From assembly GCA_004028765.1 (NCBI GenBank), contig SAIX01000038.1, forward strand, positions 6,507 through 70,506: DNA of 64,000 nucleotides, written 5' to 3'. The notes under the pieces were generated by a model. That model saw nothing but the letters and a program-made list of their open reading frames with translations, was not told the DNA's origin and searched no databases. The DNA is from Chitinophagaceae bacterium (GTDB taxonomy: Bacteria; Bacteroidota; Bacteroidia; Chitinophagales; Chitinophagaceae). This document shows, piece by piece, positions 16,873 through 27,367 of the stretch. The position numbers were made by a program, and so were the translations under genes. Position 1 is the first letter of the stretch. Every line of letters begins with the position of its first letter.

Positions 16873-18501
16873 ATGCGAAAAATCCTGTCCCTGTTATTGG
16901 GTCTTTTATGCTGTATGGCTGCGATCGCGCAGGATTACAGTCCCTTTACCGCACAAACCGAACGGCTGCAGAGCCTGGCCCGTATGTATCCATCACTGGT
17001 TACCCTGAAATCACTCACAAAAACACAGGGTGGAAAAGATATCTGGCTGCTTACCATCGGCACTGGCAATACTGCGTCAAAACCGGCATTGGCCGTGGTT
17101 GGCGGTGTGGAAGGTAACCATCTCCTGGGTACCGAACTCGCCATCGGCTTTGCCGAAAACCTGCTCAAAGGGAGTGGCACCGACAGTATCAAAAACAAAC
17201 TGGCCAAAACCACATTCTATGTATTCCCGAATATGAGCCCCGATGCGATGGAGCAATATTTCAGCAAACTGAAATATGAAAGAATGGGCAATGCCACTGA
17301 AACAGATGATGACCGTGATGGAAGATCCGGTGAAGACGGCTTTGATGATCTTGACGGGAACGGAAAGATCACCCTGATGCGTGTTGAATCACCCATCGGC
17401 GAGTATAAACTGCACCCGGATGATCCCCGTGTACTTATCAAAGCAGATGCAACCAAAGGTGAAAAAGGAAAATACCTGCTGCTCTCCGAAGGCATCGATA
17501 ATGACAAGGATGGCAGCCTCAATGAAGATGGGGAAGGGGGCATTGCATTTAACAGGAACCTCACTTATAAACACAATACGTTCGCCCCTGGTGCAGGAGA
17601 TTTTCCTGCCGGTGAAAAAGAAACCCGCGCACTGCTCGATTTTTTATTTGATGCATTCAATGTATATGCGCTTGTGAGCTTTGGAAGCAACAACAATCTT
17701 TCTGCGCCGGTTCCCTATAATCCTTTGCTGGCAAGGGAAAGGATTCTCGCCGGTTACCTCGAGCCGGATGCCAAAGTGAATACGATCGTAAGCGAACTGT
17801 ATAATAAAATTACTGCGGGCAAAGATGCGCCCCGAACCAGTGCGGCTGGCGGCGACCTGCTTTCTTGGGGTTATTTTCATTATACCCGTTACAGCTTCAG
17901 TACACCGGGCTGGTGGGTGCCCAAAGCAAAACCGGATACCGCGAAAAAAGAAAAAGCATTTACGGTCGAAGATCCTGTGGCCAATTATCTACGCTGGGCG
18001 CAGCAACAGGGTATCACGAATACTTTTACGGAATGGAAAACCATTCAGCATCCTGATTACCCTAATCAGAAAGTGGAAGTGGGCGGCGTGGATCCTTTTG
18101 TGTTGATCAATCCTCCGTATAAAATGGTGGTCGATATCGTAAAAAAACATACCGATTTTCTTGTAAAACTCAGTGATCTGCAACCAGAGATCGACCTGAT
18201 CAATCTTAAAACAGAAAAACTCTCCAATGGATTTACAAGAGTCAGTGTTGACCTGATCAATAAAGGTGGTTTGTCTACACACAGCAAACTGGGTGAGAGA
18301 AGTTATTTTCTGAAAAAACTGAAAGTGGCAGTGAAAACTGAGAAACAGGAATTGGTAGGCGGAAGAAAGATCACCCTGCTGAATTCACTGGATGCTGCTG
18401 CTTCACAATCTTTCTCCTGGCTCATCAAAGGAAATGGTAAGATCAGTATTGAAGCCGGCTGCCCCACGGCAGGAACCAAAACCATCGATATCAATTTATA
18501 A
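16873..18501 (+). CDS. M14 zinc-carboxypeptidase-like secreted protein, probably inactive
   Basis: M14 layout with VEGNH instead of HxxE, SFG instead of SFH, and no catalytic Glu; DxDxDG Ca-type loops. Confidence 0.8.
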   Translation: MRKILSLLLGLLCCMAAIAQDYSPFTAQTERLQSLARMYPSLVTLKSLTKTQGGKDIWLLTIGTGNTASKPALAVVGGVEGNHLLGTELAIGFAENLLKGSGTDSIKNKLAKTTFYVFPNMSPDAMEQYFSKLKYERMGNATETDDDRDGRSGEDGFDDLDGNGKITLMRVESPIGEYKLHPDDPRVLIKADATKGEKGKYLLLSEGIDNDKDGSLNEDGEGGIAFNRNLTYKHNTFAPGAGDFPAGEKETRALLDFLFDAFNVYALVSFGSNNNLSAPVPYNPLLARERILAGYLEPDAKVNTIVSELYNKITAGKDAPRTSAAGGDLLSWGYFHYTRYSFSTPGWWVPKAKPDTAKKEKAFTVEDPVANYLRWAQQQGITNTFTEWKTIQHPDYPNQKVEVGGVDPFVLINPPYKMVVDIVKKHTDFLVKLSDLQPEIDLINLKTEKLSNGFTRVSVDLINKGGLSTHSKLGERSYFLKKLKVAVKTEKQELVGGRKITLLNSLDAAASQSFSWLIKGNGKISIEAGCPTAGTKTIDINL

Positions 18502-18519
18502 TCCCAATAACTTATTCCG

Positions 18520-20265
18520 ATGAAACATATTTCAATCCTTCTTTCCATCTTATGCTGCATCAGCTTGCTGCCTGCGCAAACACCGGAGCAGATGTTCAAA
18601 GCAGCAGGTTCGCCCGTGAACCCGAAAGTAAGCGTGGTATGGAACAGGTATTACGACCATGCCGGCATCGCCGAGATCTGTAAAAAAATCGCAGCCGCAC
18701 ATCCCGATCTTGCGAAACTGGAATCGATCGGGAAATCTTTCCAGGGCCGTGATCTATGGTGTTTAACCATCACCGATTTTAAAAAAGGCGATGCAAAACG
18801 TAAGCCCGGAATGTATATTGATGGCAATATCCATTCAAACGAAATACAGGGAGCTGAATTCGCGATGTACACGGCCTGGTATCTTACGGAATCTTTTGCA
18901 GACACAAAATTTATCCAGGAATTACTGGCTGATAAAGTGTTTTATATCATTCCAACCATCAACCCTGATGGCCGTGACAGTTATATCCACCAGCCCAACA
19001 GCCCCAATTCTCCGCGCTCGGGATTGATCCCCGTTGACAATGATGGTGATGGCTTGGTGAACGAAGACCAATACACGGACCTTGATGGTGATGGCAATAT
19101 CACACTGATGCGGCGAAAAAGCCCGAATGGCCGCTTTAAGATCGATCCGAAAGACCCGCGTAATATGATACAGGTGGGGCCGGATGAAAAAGGCGATTAT
19201 GAATTGCTCGGACAGGAAGGCATGGATAAAGATGGCGATGGCAGAGTAAGTGAAGATGGGTATGCATTTGAATACGATCCCAACCGCGACTGGGGCTGGG
19301 GTTGGCAGCCAAACTATATACAGAACGGTGCTTACAAATATCCATTCTCATTACCAGAGAACAGGGCGGTGATGGAGTTTGTGATGAAGCACCCGAATAT
19401 CGCCGCAGCACAATCCTTTCACAATGCCGGCGGGATGATTCTCCGCGGACCCGGCGGGCAGGAAGATGTAAATACTTATAATGCTGCTGACCTGCAGGTG
19501 TACGATGCCATCGGAAAAAAAGGAGAGGAATTGTTGCCGGGTTATAAATACCTCGTGGTGTACAAAGATCTGTATTCGGCCTATGGCGGCGAGCTCGACT
19601 GGTTTTATGCAGGCCGTGGTATTTATACGTATTCCAATGAATTGTGGACACCCTATCTCATGTTTATGAAAGATGCCACACGCGACCCGTTTGATAACAG
19701 CACTTATAGTTTTGACCGGTATCTTTTATTCCAGGATGCATTTGTTCCCTGGAAAGAATTCAACCATCCGCAATTCGGAAAAATTGAAATTGGCGGATTC
19801 AAGAAAAATTATACCCGGGCACATCCCGGATTTTTACTGGAATCAGATGCACACCGCAATATGGCATTCAGCGTGTATCATTGTTATTCAACCCCCAAAC
19901 TGGAAGTGCAGGAAATTTCGAAAAAAGAGTTGGGTGATGGGTTGATAGAAATCACTGCAGTAATTGCCAACGAACGGATGATGCCCACACACAGCAGCCA
20001 GGACCTGAAAAACAAAATTGAGCGGCCGGATTATATCACGCTTGCCACCAGCGGAAAAATCATTGCCGGTTTGCAGGTTGAAAACCGCGACCTGAACATC
20101 ACCAAAGAACAGAAAAACAATCCGCAGACCATTGAAGTACCCAATATCCCCGGTATGGGAGCCGTAACGGTTAAATGGATTGTGGAAGGAAAAGCCGATG
20201 CAAAATATACCGTGAGTGTTGATAGTAAAAAAGGCGGTACAGCAGAAGGGGCTGGTTCCAGATAA
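18520..20265 (+). CDS. M14 zinc carboxypeptidase, secreted
   Basis: DGNIHSNE, NPDGR, DPNRDW, QSFHN, YSNELW; DxDxDG loops. Confidence 0.88.
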   Translation: MKHISILLSILCCISLLPAQTPEQMFKAAGSPVNPKVSVVWNRYYDHAGIAEICKKIAAAHPDLAKLESIGKSFQGRDLWCLTITDFKKGDAKRKPGMYIDGNIHSNEIQGAEFAMYTAWYLTESFADTKFIQELLADKVFYIIPTINPDGRDSYIHQPNSPNSPRSGLIPVDNDGDGLVNEDQYTDLDGDGNITLMRRKSPNGRFKIDPKDPRNMIQVGPDEKGDYELLGQEGMDKDGDGRVSEDGYAFEYDPNRDWGWGWQPNYIQNGAYKYPFSLPENRAVMEFVMKHPNIAAAQSFHNAGGMILRGPGGQEDVNTYNAADLQVYDAIGKKGEELLPGYKYLVVYKDLYSAYGGELDWFYAGRGIYTYSNELWTPYLMFMKDATRDPFDNSTYSFDRYLLFQDAFVPWKEFNHPQFGKIEIGGFKKNYTRAHPGFLLESDAHRNMAFSVYHCYSTPKLEVQEISKKELGDGLIEITAVIANERMMPTHSSQDLKNKIERPDYITLATSGKIIAGLQVENRDLNITKEQKNNPQTIEVPNIPGMGAVTVKWIVEGKADAKYTVSVDSKKGGTAEGAGSR

Positions 20266-20283
20266 TTTTTAAATAGAATAAGT

Positions 20284-20331
20284 AAAGCCGCTGATTCAAA
20301 GATCGATTGATCGTGTGAATCAGCGGCTTTT
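20284..20331. terminator. Bidirectional terminator between the M14 pair and the aminotransferase
   Basis: AAAGCCGCTGATTCA ... TGAATCAGCGGCTTT, a 15-bp stem. Confidence 0.85.
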
Positions 20332-20334
20332 GTA

Positions 20335-20378
20335 TCTCTGCGAAACCTCTGCCTCTCAGCGCCTCCGCGGTGAAAAAA
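20335..20378 (+). repeat. REP-like octamer element, copy A
   Basis: tctctgcg-aaa-cctctgcc-tctcagcg-cctccgcg-gtgaaaaaa; 37/40 identical to copy B. Confidence 0.8.
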
Positions 20379-21569
20379 TTATTTCAACCTGGTCAGCGCT
20401 TCCTTAATCCTCGCCCAGGCAGTTTCGATATTGTCCATACTTGCCGCGAAAGAAAAACGCACACATTTCGGTTCTCCAAACGCATCGCCCATCACACAGG
20501 ATACATGCGCATTGTTCAGGATATACATGCTCATATCGGATGAGTTATTGATCGTATTCGTACCATCCGATTTACCGTAGTAGGCACTTACATCCGGAAA
20601 TGCATAAAACGCACCCTCGGGTGCAAAACATTTGAAGCCCGGGATATCATTGATCAACTGCATGGTTCTTTCCCTTCTGCGGGTAAATTCAGCCGTCATA
20701 TCATGTGAAGGGCGCAGGTCGCCGGTTAATGCCACTACCGCTGCTTTTTGTGTGATGGAGCAAGTACCGCTGGTAAATTGTCCCTGCAGTTTTTCCATCG
20801 CTTTGGCAAGTGCAACATTCGATGCGGTATAACCCAGTCGCCAGCCCGTCATGGCAAAACCTTTGCTCAACCCGTTGATCACGACCACACGGTCTTTCAG
20901 GTCATCAAACTGTGCGATACTTTCATGCGCACCAACAAAATTGATGTATTCATAAATCTCATCGGCGAGGATGGTGATATTAGGGTATTTTCTGAACACC
21001 CCTGCCAATGCTTCGAGTTCTGATTTACTGTATACAGCGCCAGAAGGGTTACAGGGTGAAGAAAACATAAAAACCTTTGTCTTATCCGTGATGGCAGCTT
21101 CTACCTGTGCGGCAGAAGGCTTGAAACCACTTTCCACACTGGTGCGGATCTCCACCACTTTTCCCCTTGCAATTTTCACGAGTTCAGAATAGGTTACCCA
21201 ATACGGTGTGGGGATCACCACTTCATCACCTTCGTCCACCAGTGCCAGGATGGCATTGGCCAGGCTTTGTTTGGCACCGGTAGAGGCAACAATATTTTCC
21301 GGTTTATAATCGAGGTTATTATCGCGTTTCAGTTTGGCGCAAACAGCTTCGCGCAGATCCATATAGCCGGGAACGGGAGAGTAGTGGCTCCAGTTATCAT
21401 TGATGGCTTTGATGGCGGCATCTTTGATATGCTGCGGTGTGTCGAAATCGGGTTCACCAAGACTAAGGTTGATCACATTGTATCCCTGAGCTGCGAGTTC
21501 ACGGCCCAGTTTGGCCATTTTGAGGGTTTCAGGTTCCGCAAACCTGTCGAGAAGAGAAGAAAATTGCAT
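20379..21569 (-). CDS. aspC: Aspartate aminotransferase family (PLP class I/II)
   Basis: SLGEPDF, SPCNPSG, DEIY, NGLSKGFAMTGWRLGY (PLP lysine). Confidence 0.88.
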   Translation of the reverse strand: MQFSSLLDRFAEPETLKMAKLGRELAAQGYNVINLSLGEPDFDTPQHIKDAAIKAINDNWSHYSPVPGYMDLREAVCAKLKRDNNLDYKPENIVASTGAKQSLANAILALVDEGDEVVIPTPYWVTYSELVKIARGKVVEIRTSVESGFKPSAAQVEAAITDKTKVFMFSSPCNPSGAVYSKSELEALAGVFRKYPNITILADEIYEYINFVGAHESIAQFDDLKDRVVVINGLSKGFAMTGWRLGYTASNVALAKAMEKLQGQFTSGTCSITQKAAVVALTGDLRPSHDMTAEFTRRRERTMQLINDIPGFKCFAPEGAFYAFPDVSAYYGKSDGTNTINNSSDMSMYILNNAHVSCVMGDAFGEPKCVRFSFAASMDNIETAWARIKEALTRLK

Positions 21570-21748
21570 GCTTTTACATTAATGGAATGGAGTATCGTTT
21601 TTGCGGCCGTAAGTTCGTGAAAACATTCCAAACGCCTGTAAGTTTTGGCTTTATCGTGTTTATCTTTCAGGCTAACATTGTGTAAACGGAACACGCTGAT
21701 CAACTGCTGGCCCGATATGCATTATTTTTACCATGAATTTTCTACGCT

Positions 21749-23173
21749 ATGCCACATGAACCGATTTCTGTTTTTGATATGTTTAAAATCGGGGTGGGCC
21801 CATCCAGTTCACATACCCTCGGGCCCTGGCGCGCTGCCTTGCGCTGCCTTGGCACGATCCGCAGCCGTGCTTCCCTGAAAGAAGTGGCTTCTGTGCAGGT
21901 ACTTTTATATGGTTCGCTGGCTAAAACAGGAAAAGGCCATGGAACAGATATCGCTGTGCTGCTGGGTTTATGCGGCGAAGATCCGGTAACGATCGATGTG
22001 AATTCGATTACGCCAAAAATCAATGCCATCCATGCAACTCAGGCACTCCATCTCGGTAACGAAACCGTGATTGATTTTCCTTACCCGGCATCTGTTCAAT
22101 TCCTGGTGAACGAAACTTTGCCCTATCATCCCAATGGATTGTCCTTTCTTGTTACATTAAAAAATGGTGATAACTGGAGCGAAACTTTTTTTTCAGTAGG
22201 TGGCGGATTTGTTGTGAAAGAAGGAGAGGAGAAGGGTGGAAAAGATGCGGTGGATCTTCCCTTCCCGATCGATACAGCCAATGACCTGCTGCACTGGTGT
22301 ATGAAAGGAATGGCGATACATGAAGTGGTGATGGAAAACGAAGGTGCCTGGCGAACGGAAGCCGAAACGCGGAAAGGAGTATTGCATATCTGGAACGCCA
22401 TGAAAGAATGCACTTACCGCGGATGCCATGCACAGGGTGAATTACCTGGTGGTTTACAGGTGCGCAGAAGGGCTTTTGACCTGAATAAAAAACTCATCAA
22501 AGGAAAAACCTATGACGGGTATGATGAATGGATCAACTGTATCCGGAATGGCGGCGCTGATTTTACATATATACTCGACTGGGTAAGTTGTTTTGCACTG
22601 GCCGTAAATGAAGAAAATGCTTCTTTTGGGCGCGTGGTAACAGCGCCAACGAATGGAGCAGCCGGTGTGATACCCGCAGTGCTGCAATACTATATCAGTT
22701 TCTGTGATGGGAATACAGAAGATAAGATCATTAAGTTTTTATTGGTCGCTTCCGAAATCGGGAGCATCTTTAAAAAAGGGGCAACCATTTCTGCAGCGAT
22801 GGGTGGATGCCAGGCCGAGATCGGTGTATCCTCTGCCATGGCTGCTGCCGCATTAACAGAATGTATGGGCGGAACACAAAGGCAGGCACTGATGGCTGCA
22901 GAGATCGCAATGGAGCATCACCTGGGTTTAACCTGTGATCCTATCGGCGGACTGGTTCAGATCCCCTGTATCGAACGCAATACGATGGGCGCGATCAAAG
23001 CCATCACTGCATCGCAACTGGCACTGCAGAGTTCTCCGGATTATGCGATTGTAAGTCTTGATAAAGTCATTAGAACCATGTGGGATACTGCACTCGATAT
23101 GAGCAGCAAATACAAAGAAACTGCCGATGGCGGACTTGCCATACATATCCCTATCAGTTTGCCGGAATGCTGA
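21749..23173 (+). CDS. sdaA: L-serine ammonia-lyase, Fe-S dependent, single chain
   Basis: [43 protein letters not shown]. Confidence 0.95.
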   Translation: MPHEPISVFDMFKIGVGPSSSHTLGPWRAALRCLGTIRSRASLKEVASVQVLLYGSLAKTGKGHGTDIAVLLGLCGEDPVTIDVNSITPKINAIHATQALHLGNETVIDFPYPASVQFLVNETLPYHPNGLSFLVTLKNGDNWSETFFSVGGGFVVKEGEEKGGKDAVDLPFPIDTANDLLHWCMKGMAIHEVVMENEGAWRTEAETRKGVLHIWNAMKECTYRGCHAQGELPGGLQVRRRAFDLNKKLIKGKTYDGYDEWINCIRNGGADFTYILDWVSCFALAVNEENASFGRVVTAPTNGAAGVIPAVLQYYISFCDGNTEDKIIKFLLVASEIGSIFKKGATISAAMGGCQAEIGVSSAMAAAALTECMGGTQRQALMAAEIAMEHHLGLTCDPIGGLVQIPCIERNTMGAIKAITASQLALQSSPDYAIVSLDKVIRTMWDTALDMSSKYKETADGGLAIHIPISLPEC

Positions 23174-23253
23174 TTCCGTGAATCTTGAATCTTCAAATGT
23201 GCACTAATGAATCGTCCTTCCTTGCGCAGCAGGGAGGGATCAGAGGGAGGGTT

Positions 23254-24414
23254 TTAACCAATCTCCTGCATCACAGCATCAGAATAATCCCTGATCACAT
23301 TATACAATGTTCCGCGTTCAACAGGCTGTCGTTTTACCTGTTTGATCAGGGTAACCAGTTCTTCGGTATTCATGCTCGGGCTTTGCTCTTCACTGCCGGC
23401 CATTGAATAAATTTTTGTAGAATCATCAATGGTACCGTCAATATCATTTACGCCGAAGGAAAGACTAAGCTGTGCATTCTTTCTTCCCAGCATAGGCCAG
23501 TAGGCTTTGAGGTGCGGGAAATTATCCATATACAATCTTGATACAGCATACATCCGCATATCTTCTATCACGGAAGATTCGGGTACATGGCTCATATCAT
23601 TGTCTTTGTTCCGGAATTTTAAGGGGATGAATGTATTAAAGCCGCCGGTTTCGTCCTGTAAACTCCTCAACCTTTCCATATGATCGATGCGGTGCCAGAA
23701 TTTTTCGATATGCCCGTACAATAAAGTTGCATTGCTGTGCATGCCCAGCTGATGGGCTGCTTTATGGATCGCGAGCCAGCCATCGGCATCCACTTTGTCT
23801 TCGCAGATCTGTTTGCGGATCTCGGGATGAAAAATTTCAGCACCACCTCCGGGTAAAGAATCCAACCCGGCTTCATGTGCGATACGCATACCTTGCTCCA
23901 CGCTTACTTTGGCTTTGCGGAACATATAATCCAGTTCAACCGGTGTAAAGGCTTTGATATGCAGCCCGTGGCGGTGTGCTTTGATGGTGCGGAGTAATTC
24001 CGTGAAAAATGCGAGGTCCATTTTGGGGTGAACACCCCCTACGATATGTACTTCAGTTACAGGTTTGCCGTCGTAACTTTTTACGATATGCATCATCTGT
24101 TCGATGCTTAGTTCCCAACCTTCTTCGCGATGTGCATACAAACGCGAATACGAACAGAATTTACAGGAGAATACACACACATTGGTGGGCTCGATATGAA
24201 AGTTCCGGTTGAAATAGGTTTTGTTTCCGTGCTTTTGTTCTCTCACCCAATTTGCGAGGGCACCTAACCAGGATAAAGAACCTTTTTCGAATAATAATAT
24301 TCCATCGTCAAAGCTGATCCTTTCTTTGTTCAGGATTTTTTCTCCAACTGCTTTCAGGGATGGGTCGGTAGTGTTTGCAACAAGGGTAAACGGGTCTGAA
24401 ACTGTCTGCATCAT
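23254..24414 (-). CDS. mqnE: Aminofutalosine synthase MqnE (radical SAM, CofH/Mqn family)
   Basis: NFHIEPTNVCVFSCKFCSY, IVGGVHP, SLPGGGAEIF, HLKAYWPMLG, DIDGTI. Confidence 0.85.
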   Translation of the reverse strand: MMQTVSDPFTLVANTTDPSLKAVGEKILNKERISFDDGILLFEKGSLSWLGALANWVREQKHGNKTYFNRNFHIEPTNVCVFSCKFCSYSRLYAHREEGWELSIEQMMHIVKSYDGKPVTEVHIVGGVHPKMDLAFFTELLRTIKAHRHGLHIKAFTPVELDYMFRKAKVSVEQGMRIAHEAGLDSLPGGGAEIFHPEIRKQICEDKVDADGWLAIHKAAHQLGMHSNATLLYGHIEKFWHRIDHMERLRSLQDETGGFNTFIPLKFRNKDNDMSHVPESSVIEDMRMYAVSRLYMDNFPHLKAYWPMLGRKNAQLSLSFGVNDIDGTIDDSTKIYSMAGSEEQSPSMNTEELVTLIKQVKRQPVERGTLYNVIRDYSDAVMQEIG

Positions 24415-24433
24415 CTTCTCTGTATTTGCCCGG

Positions 24434-24441
24434 CAAAATTA
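24434..24441 (-). promoter_or_regulatory. -7 element TAATTTTG upstream of mqnE
   Basis: Exact TAnnTTTG match 19 nt before the first ATG. Confidence 0.5.
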
Positions 24442-24520
24442 CTGAGAAATCAATTCAGGGAAATGATAAATATCAATACGAATGAAGGCACGAATAAAGT
24501 CTTTTCATAACCGGGTTCCC

Positions 24521-24560
24521 TTCACCGCTTAGGCGCAGAGAGGCAGAGGTTTCGCAGAGA
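24521..24560 (-). repeat. REP-like octamer element, copy B
   Basis: Reverse complement reads tctctgcgaaacctctgcctctctgcgcctaagcggtgaa. Confidence 0.8.
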
Positions 24561-24574
24561 AACAAGCTATACAA

Positions 24575-25816
24575 TCAGTGCTTCACTTCGAGCATCTCTT
24601 CCGGTTTGTGCTTATAGCGGAATACCAGCGGGAATACAATGCCCAGCACCAGTGCATACGCCGCAAAACTCATCCAGATATTGTGCCAGTTCTTCACATT
24701 GTTCACCGTATAATAATCGATTACACGGCCGCTGATATAATTACCAAGGAAGGCGCCGATGCCGTTGGTCATCAGCATAAACAATCCCTGTGCGCTTGCC
24801 CTGATCTTGAAATCAGCTTCTTTTTCCACGAACAGAGATCCGGAAATGTTGAAGAAATCAAAGGCCATCCCGTAAATAATCATCGACAAAATCAGCAGGT
24901 ACAAACCCGGCCCCGGATCGCCGATGGCGAATAAACCAAAACGGAACACCCAGGCAAAAATGCTCATGATCATCACCTGCCGGATCCCGAATTTTCGCAG
25001 GAAGAATGGAATGGTGAGAATGAAGAGTGTTTCTGATATCTGTGAAATGGATATGAGCACATTGGAATGTCTGACACCGAATGCATCGGGGAAACTGCTT
25101 TTAAAATCATCGAGGAAAGTGGAACCGTAGGTATTGGTGATCTGTAATGCCGCGCCAAGCAACATGGCAAAGATGAAAAATACCAGCATCTTTTTTCTGC
25201 GGAACAATACAAATGCATCCAGCCCCAACGCAGAGCTGAGTGATTTTTTTTCGCTGTTACCTGCTGGCGGACAGGAAGGCATTGTAAACGCATACAAACC
25301 CAATAACAGGCCCGAACCGGCACTTACGTATAATTGCATCGGGCTTTTGTTCCAGCCGAGCAGGTCAACCATCCACATGGCTACGATAAAACCGATAGTG
25401 CCCCACACACGGATCGGTGGAAAATCTTTTACGATATCATGCCCTGATTTTTCGAGAACGATATACGAAACTGTGTTGTTCAGCCCGATGGTAGGCATAA
25501 ATACCAGGGAGTTCAGCAACATTACCAGGTATAAGCCATCGTAATCTGTGACTTTGGAAGCGATAAAAAGGAGAATGGCCCCGATGATATGGGCCAGGCC
25601 GAAAACTTTCTGGGCACTCAGCCACCTGTCGGCAATGATCCCGAAAAGAGCGGGCGTAAAAATCGCTGCAATGCCCATCGTACCATAAATACTACCTACC
25701 TGCCAGCCTTTGAACCCGAGTACATTGAACATGTAGGCACCCATTGAGATCAGCCAGGAACCCCACACAAAAAATTCGAGGAAATTCATCAGCACCAGGC
25801 GGAATTTGATAGTCAT
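24575..25816 (-). CDS. MFS nucleoside:H+ symporter (NupG/XapB family)
   Basis: FLEFFVWGSW, GIIADRW, IRVWGTIG, ISQISE, GMAFDFFNISG. Start moved to 25816. Confidence 0.9.
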   Translation of the reverse strand: MTIKFRLVLMNFLEFFVWGSWLISMGAYMFNVLGFKGWQVGSIYGTMGIAAIFTPALFGIIADRWLSAQKVFGLAHIIGAILLFIASKVTDYDGLYLVMLLNSLVFMPTIGLNNTVSYIVLEKSGHDIVKDFPPIRVWGTIGFIVAMWMVDLLGWNKSPMQLYVSAGSGLLLGLYAFTMPSCPPAGNSEKKSLSSALGLDAFVLFRRKKMLVFFIFAMLLGAALQITNTYGSTFLDDFKSSFPDAFGVRHSNVLISISQISETLFILTIPFFLRKFGIRQVMIMSIFAWVFRFGLFAIGDPGPGLYLLILSMIIYGMAFDFFNISGSLFVEKEADFKIRASAQGLFMLMTNGIGAFLGNYISGRVIDYYTVNNVKNWHNIWMSFAAYALVLGIVFPLVFRYKHKPEEMLEVKH

Positions 25817-25865
25817 CGTTAGCAATTTGGTTTGAGAATGAGCAGGGAAGATAATAAAAAAATAA

Positions 25866-25938
25866 TCCGGTTGTTCCTTTCGAAACAACCGGAGCGGCAT
25901 TCAATACAAATGTAAAAATGCCTCCCGGGGGAGGCATT
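25866..25938 (-). terminator. Two tandem hairpins after trxA; the proximal one is a terminator
   Basis: AATGCCTCCC..GGGAGGCATT (25917-25938) with a U-tail on the - strand; TCCGGTTGTT..AACAACCGGA (25866-25893). Confidence 0.7.
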
Positions 25939-25953
25939 ACTTACTAACCATTT

Positions 25954-26271
25954 TTAAAGATGTGCCTGGATCTTTTTTTCGAGCACTGATTTGGGAACGG
26001 CGCCGATCTGTTTGTCAACCACTTTCCCGTCCTTGATGAAAAGGATCGCCGGGATAGATGTGATACCATAATTGGTGCTGGTATTCGGGTTCACGTCTAC
26101 ATTCACTTTACCCACTTTTACCTTTCCGCTGTATTGCTGGGATAATTCTTCAATAACGGGACCGATAGCACGGCAGGGGCCACACCATTCTGCCCAGAAA
26201 TCTATCACACTCAGTTGACTGCTTTCAAGCACTTCTGTCTGGAAGTTCGCGTCTGTAAATTCTAAAGCCAT
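25954..26271 (-). CDS. trxA: Thioredoxin
   Basis: DFWAEWCGPC, ITSIP. Start moved to 26271; TATATTTG -7 element at 26323-26330. Confidence 0.97.
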   Translation of the reverse strand: MALEFTDANFQTEVLESSQLSVIDFWAEWCGPCRAIGPVIEELSQQYSGKVKVGKVNVDVNPNTSTNYGITSIPAILFIKDGKVVDKQIGAVPKSVLEKKIQAHL

Positions 26272-26625
26272 TTGTAAGATTTTAATGTTTATAGGATGTT
26301 TTTCTTTCTGCGGGAAGAATGTCAAATATATATCCAAACCCGGCTATCTGCTGATTTGACTTTTCCACCGCTGTTATTAATGACGTTGCAACAGTAAGAA
26401 CCTGACAGGCGGGCAGCTATTCTGTGCAGGAATTGAAGGTATGGGCATAAGCTGAAAATAAGGTATCCGGCACAAACACCTGTACCTGAATGCACTAAAC
26501 CCGATCGCCCCGGTGGAAACTTTGTTAAAAAGCCTGCATGCGCAGGAAAGTCATGGGAATGTAATTAAATGAGCGCTGTAAGGATGAGTGTGGCCGAATC
26601 AGTATATTGTTACCAAAACCTTTCT

Positions 26626-27348
26626 ATGGATCGCAAATCGTTTCTTTCTGCCTCCGCGGTGCTTTCGGCCGCTGCTATTTTGCCTGCTAATTCGGTGCTG
26701 GCTGAAAACTACCAGGCCAATGGCCTTGATAAACTGACGGATGCCAAAGGAGATTTTTTACACCTGCCCCTTCCTTATAACCGCAACTTTCTTGAACCCT
26801 ATATGGATGAAGAAACCGTGTACCTGCACCATACATTTCATCATGGCGGGGCGGTGAAAGCTGCAAACAAAGACCTGCAGATGATCCGGAAAGCAATGGA
26901 TGAAGGGAACCTTGAAACAGTGGACTACTGGACAAAGAAACTCAGCTATCATTTTTCCTCGCATGTACTTCATACGATCTTCTGGACGAATCTCACCAAT
27001 AAAACAGGCAGCCCTTCCGGTGAATTACTAAAAAGGATCGAAAAGGATTTCGGGACTTACGACAAATTGAAGAGTTATATCGCTAAAACCTCGAAGGATG
27101 TGGATGGGAACGGATGGGGGATACTGGGTTACCAGCCTTTTTCTGACAAGCTTACCATCCTGCAATGCGAAAACCACGAAAAACTCACACAATGGGGCGT
27201 GGTTCCATTGCTGGTGATCGATGTTTGGGAACATTCTTATTATCTCAAATACAAAAACAAACGAAGTGATTTTGTAGATGCGATGCTGAACATCATTAAC
27301 TGGGATAATGTGGCCGAAAGATTGAATACGGCAACGAAACTGGTATAA
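26626..27348 (+). CDS. Fe/Mn superoxide dismutase family with Tat-like signal peptide, atypical active site
   Basis: MDRKSFL signal; LPY..LEPY; ligands HHTFHH, SHVLH, DVWEH. Start moved to 26626. Confidence 0.88.
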   Translation: MDRKSFLSASAVLSAAAILPANSVLAENYQANGLDKLTDAKGDFLHLPLPYNRNFLEPYMDEETVYLHHTFHHGGAVKAANKDLQMIRKAMDEGNLETVDYWTKKLSYHFSSHVLHTIFWTNLTNKTGSPSGELLKRIEKDFGTYDKLKSYIAKTSKDVDGNGWGILGYQPFSDKLTILQCENHEKLTQWGVVPLLVIDVWEHSYYLKYKNKRSDFVDAMLNIINWDNVAERLNTATKLV

Positions 27349-27367
27349 AACTTTCTTTGCTTCGTTA

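Noticed and set aside
16452-16874. 140-aa ORF on the - strand
   Set aside because: Largely the translated nonamer array plus an out-of-frame overlap with the methyltransferase gene.
26272-26625. Hidden gene in the 354-bp trxA-sod spacer
   Set aside because: No convincing ORF, terminator-bounded RNA or AATCC-N16-CGTA motif found; only a small CCTGC/GCAGG hairpin.
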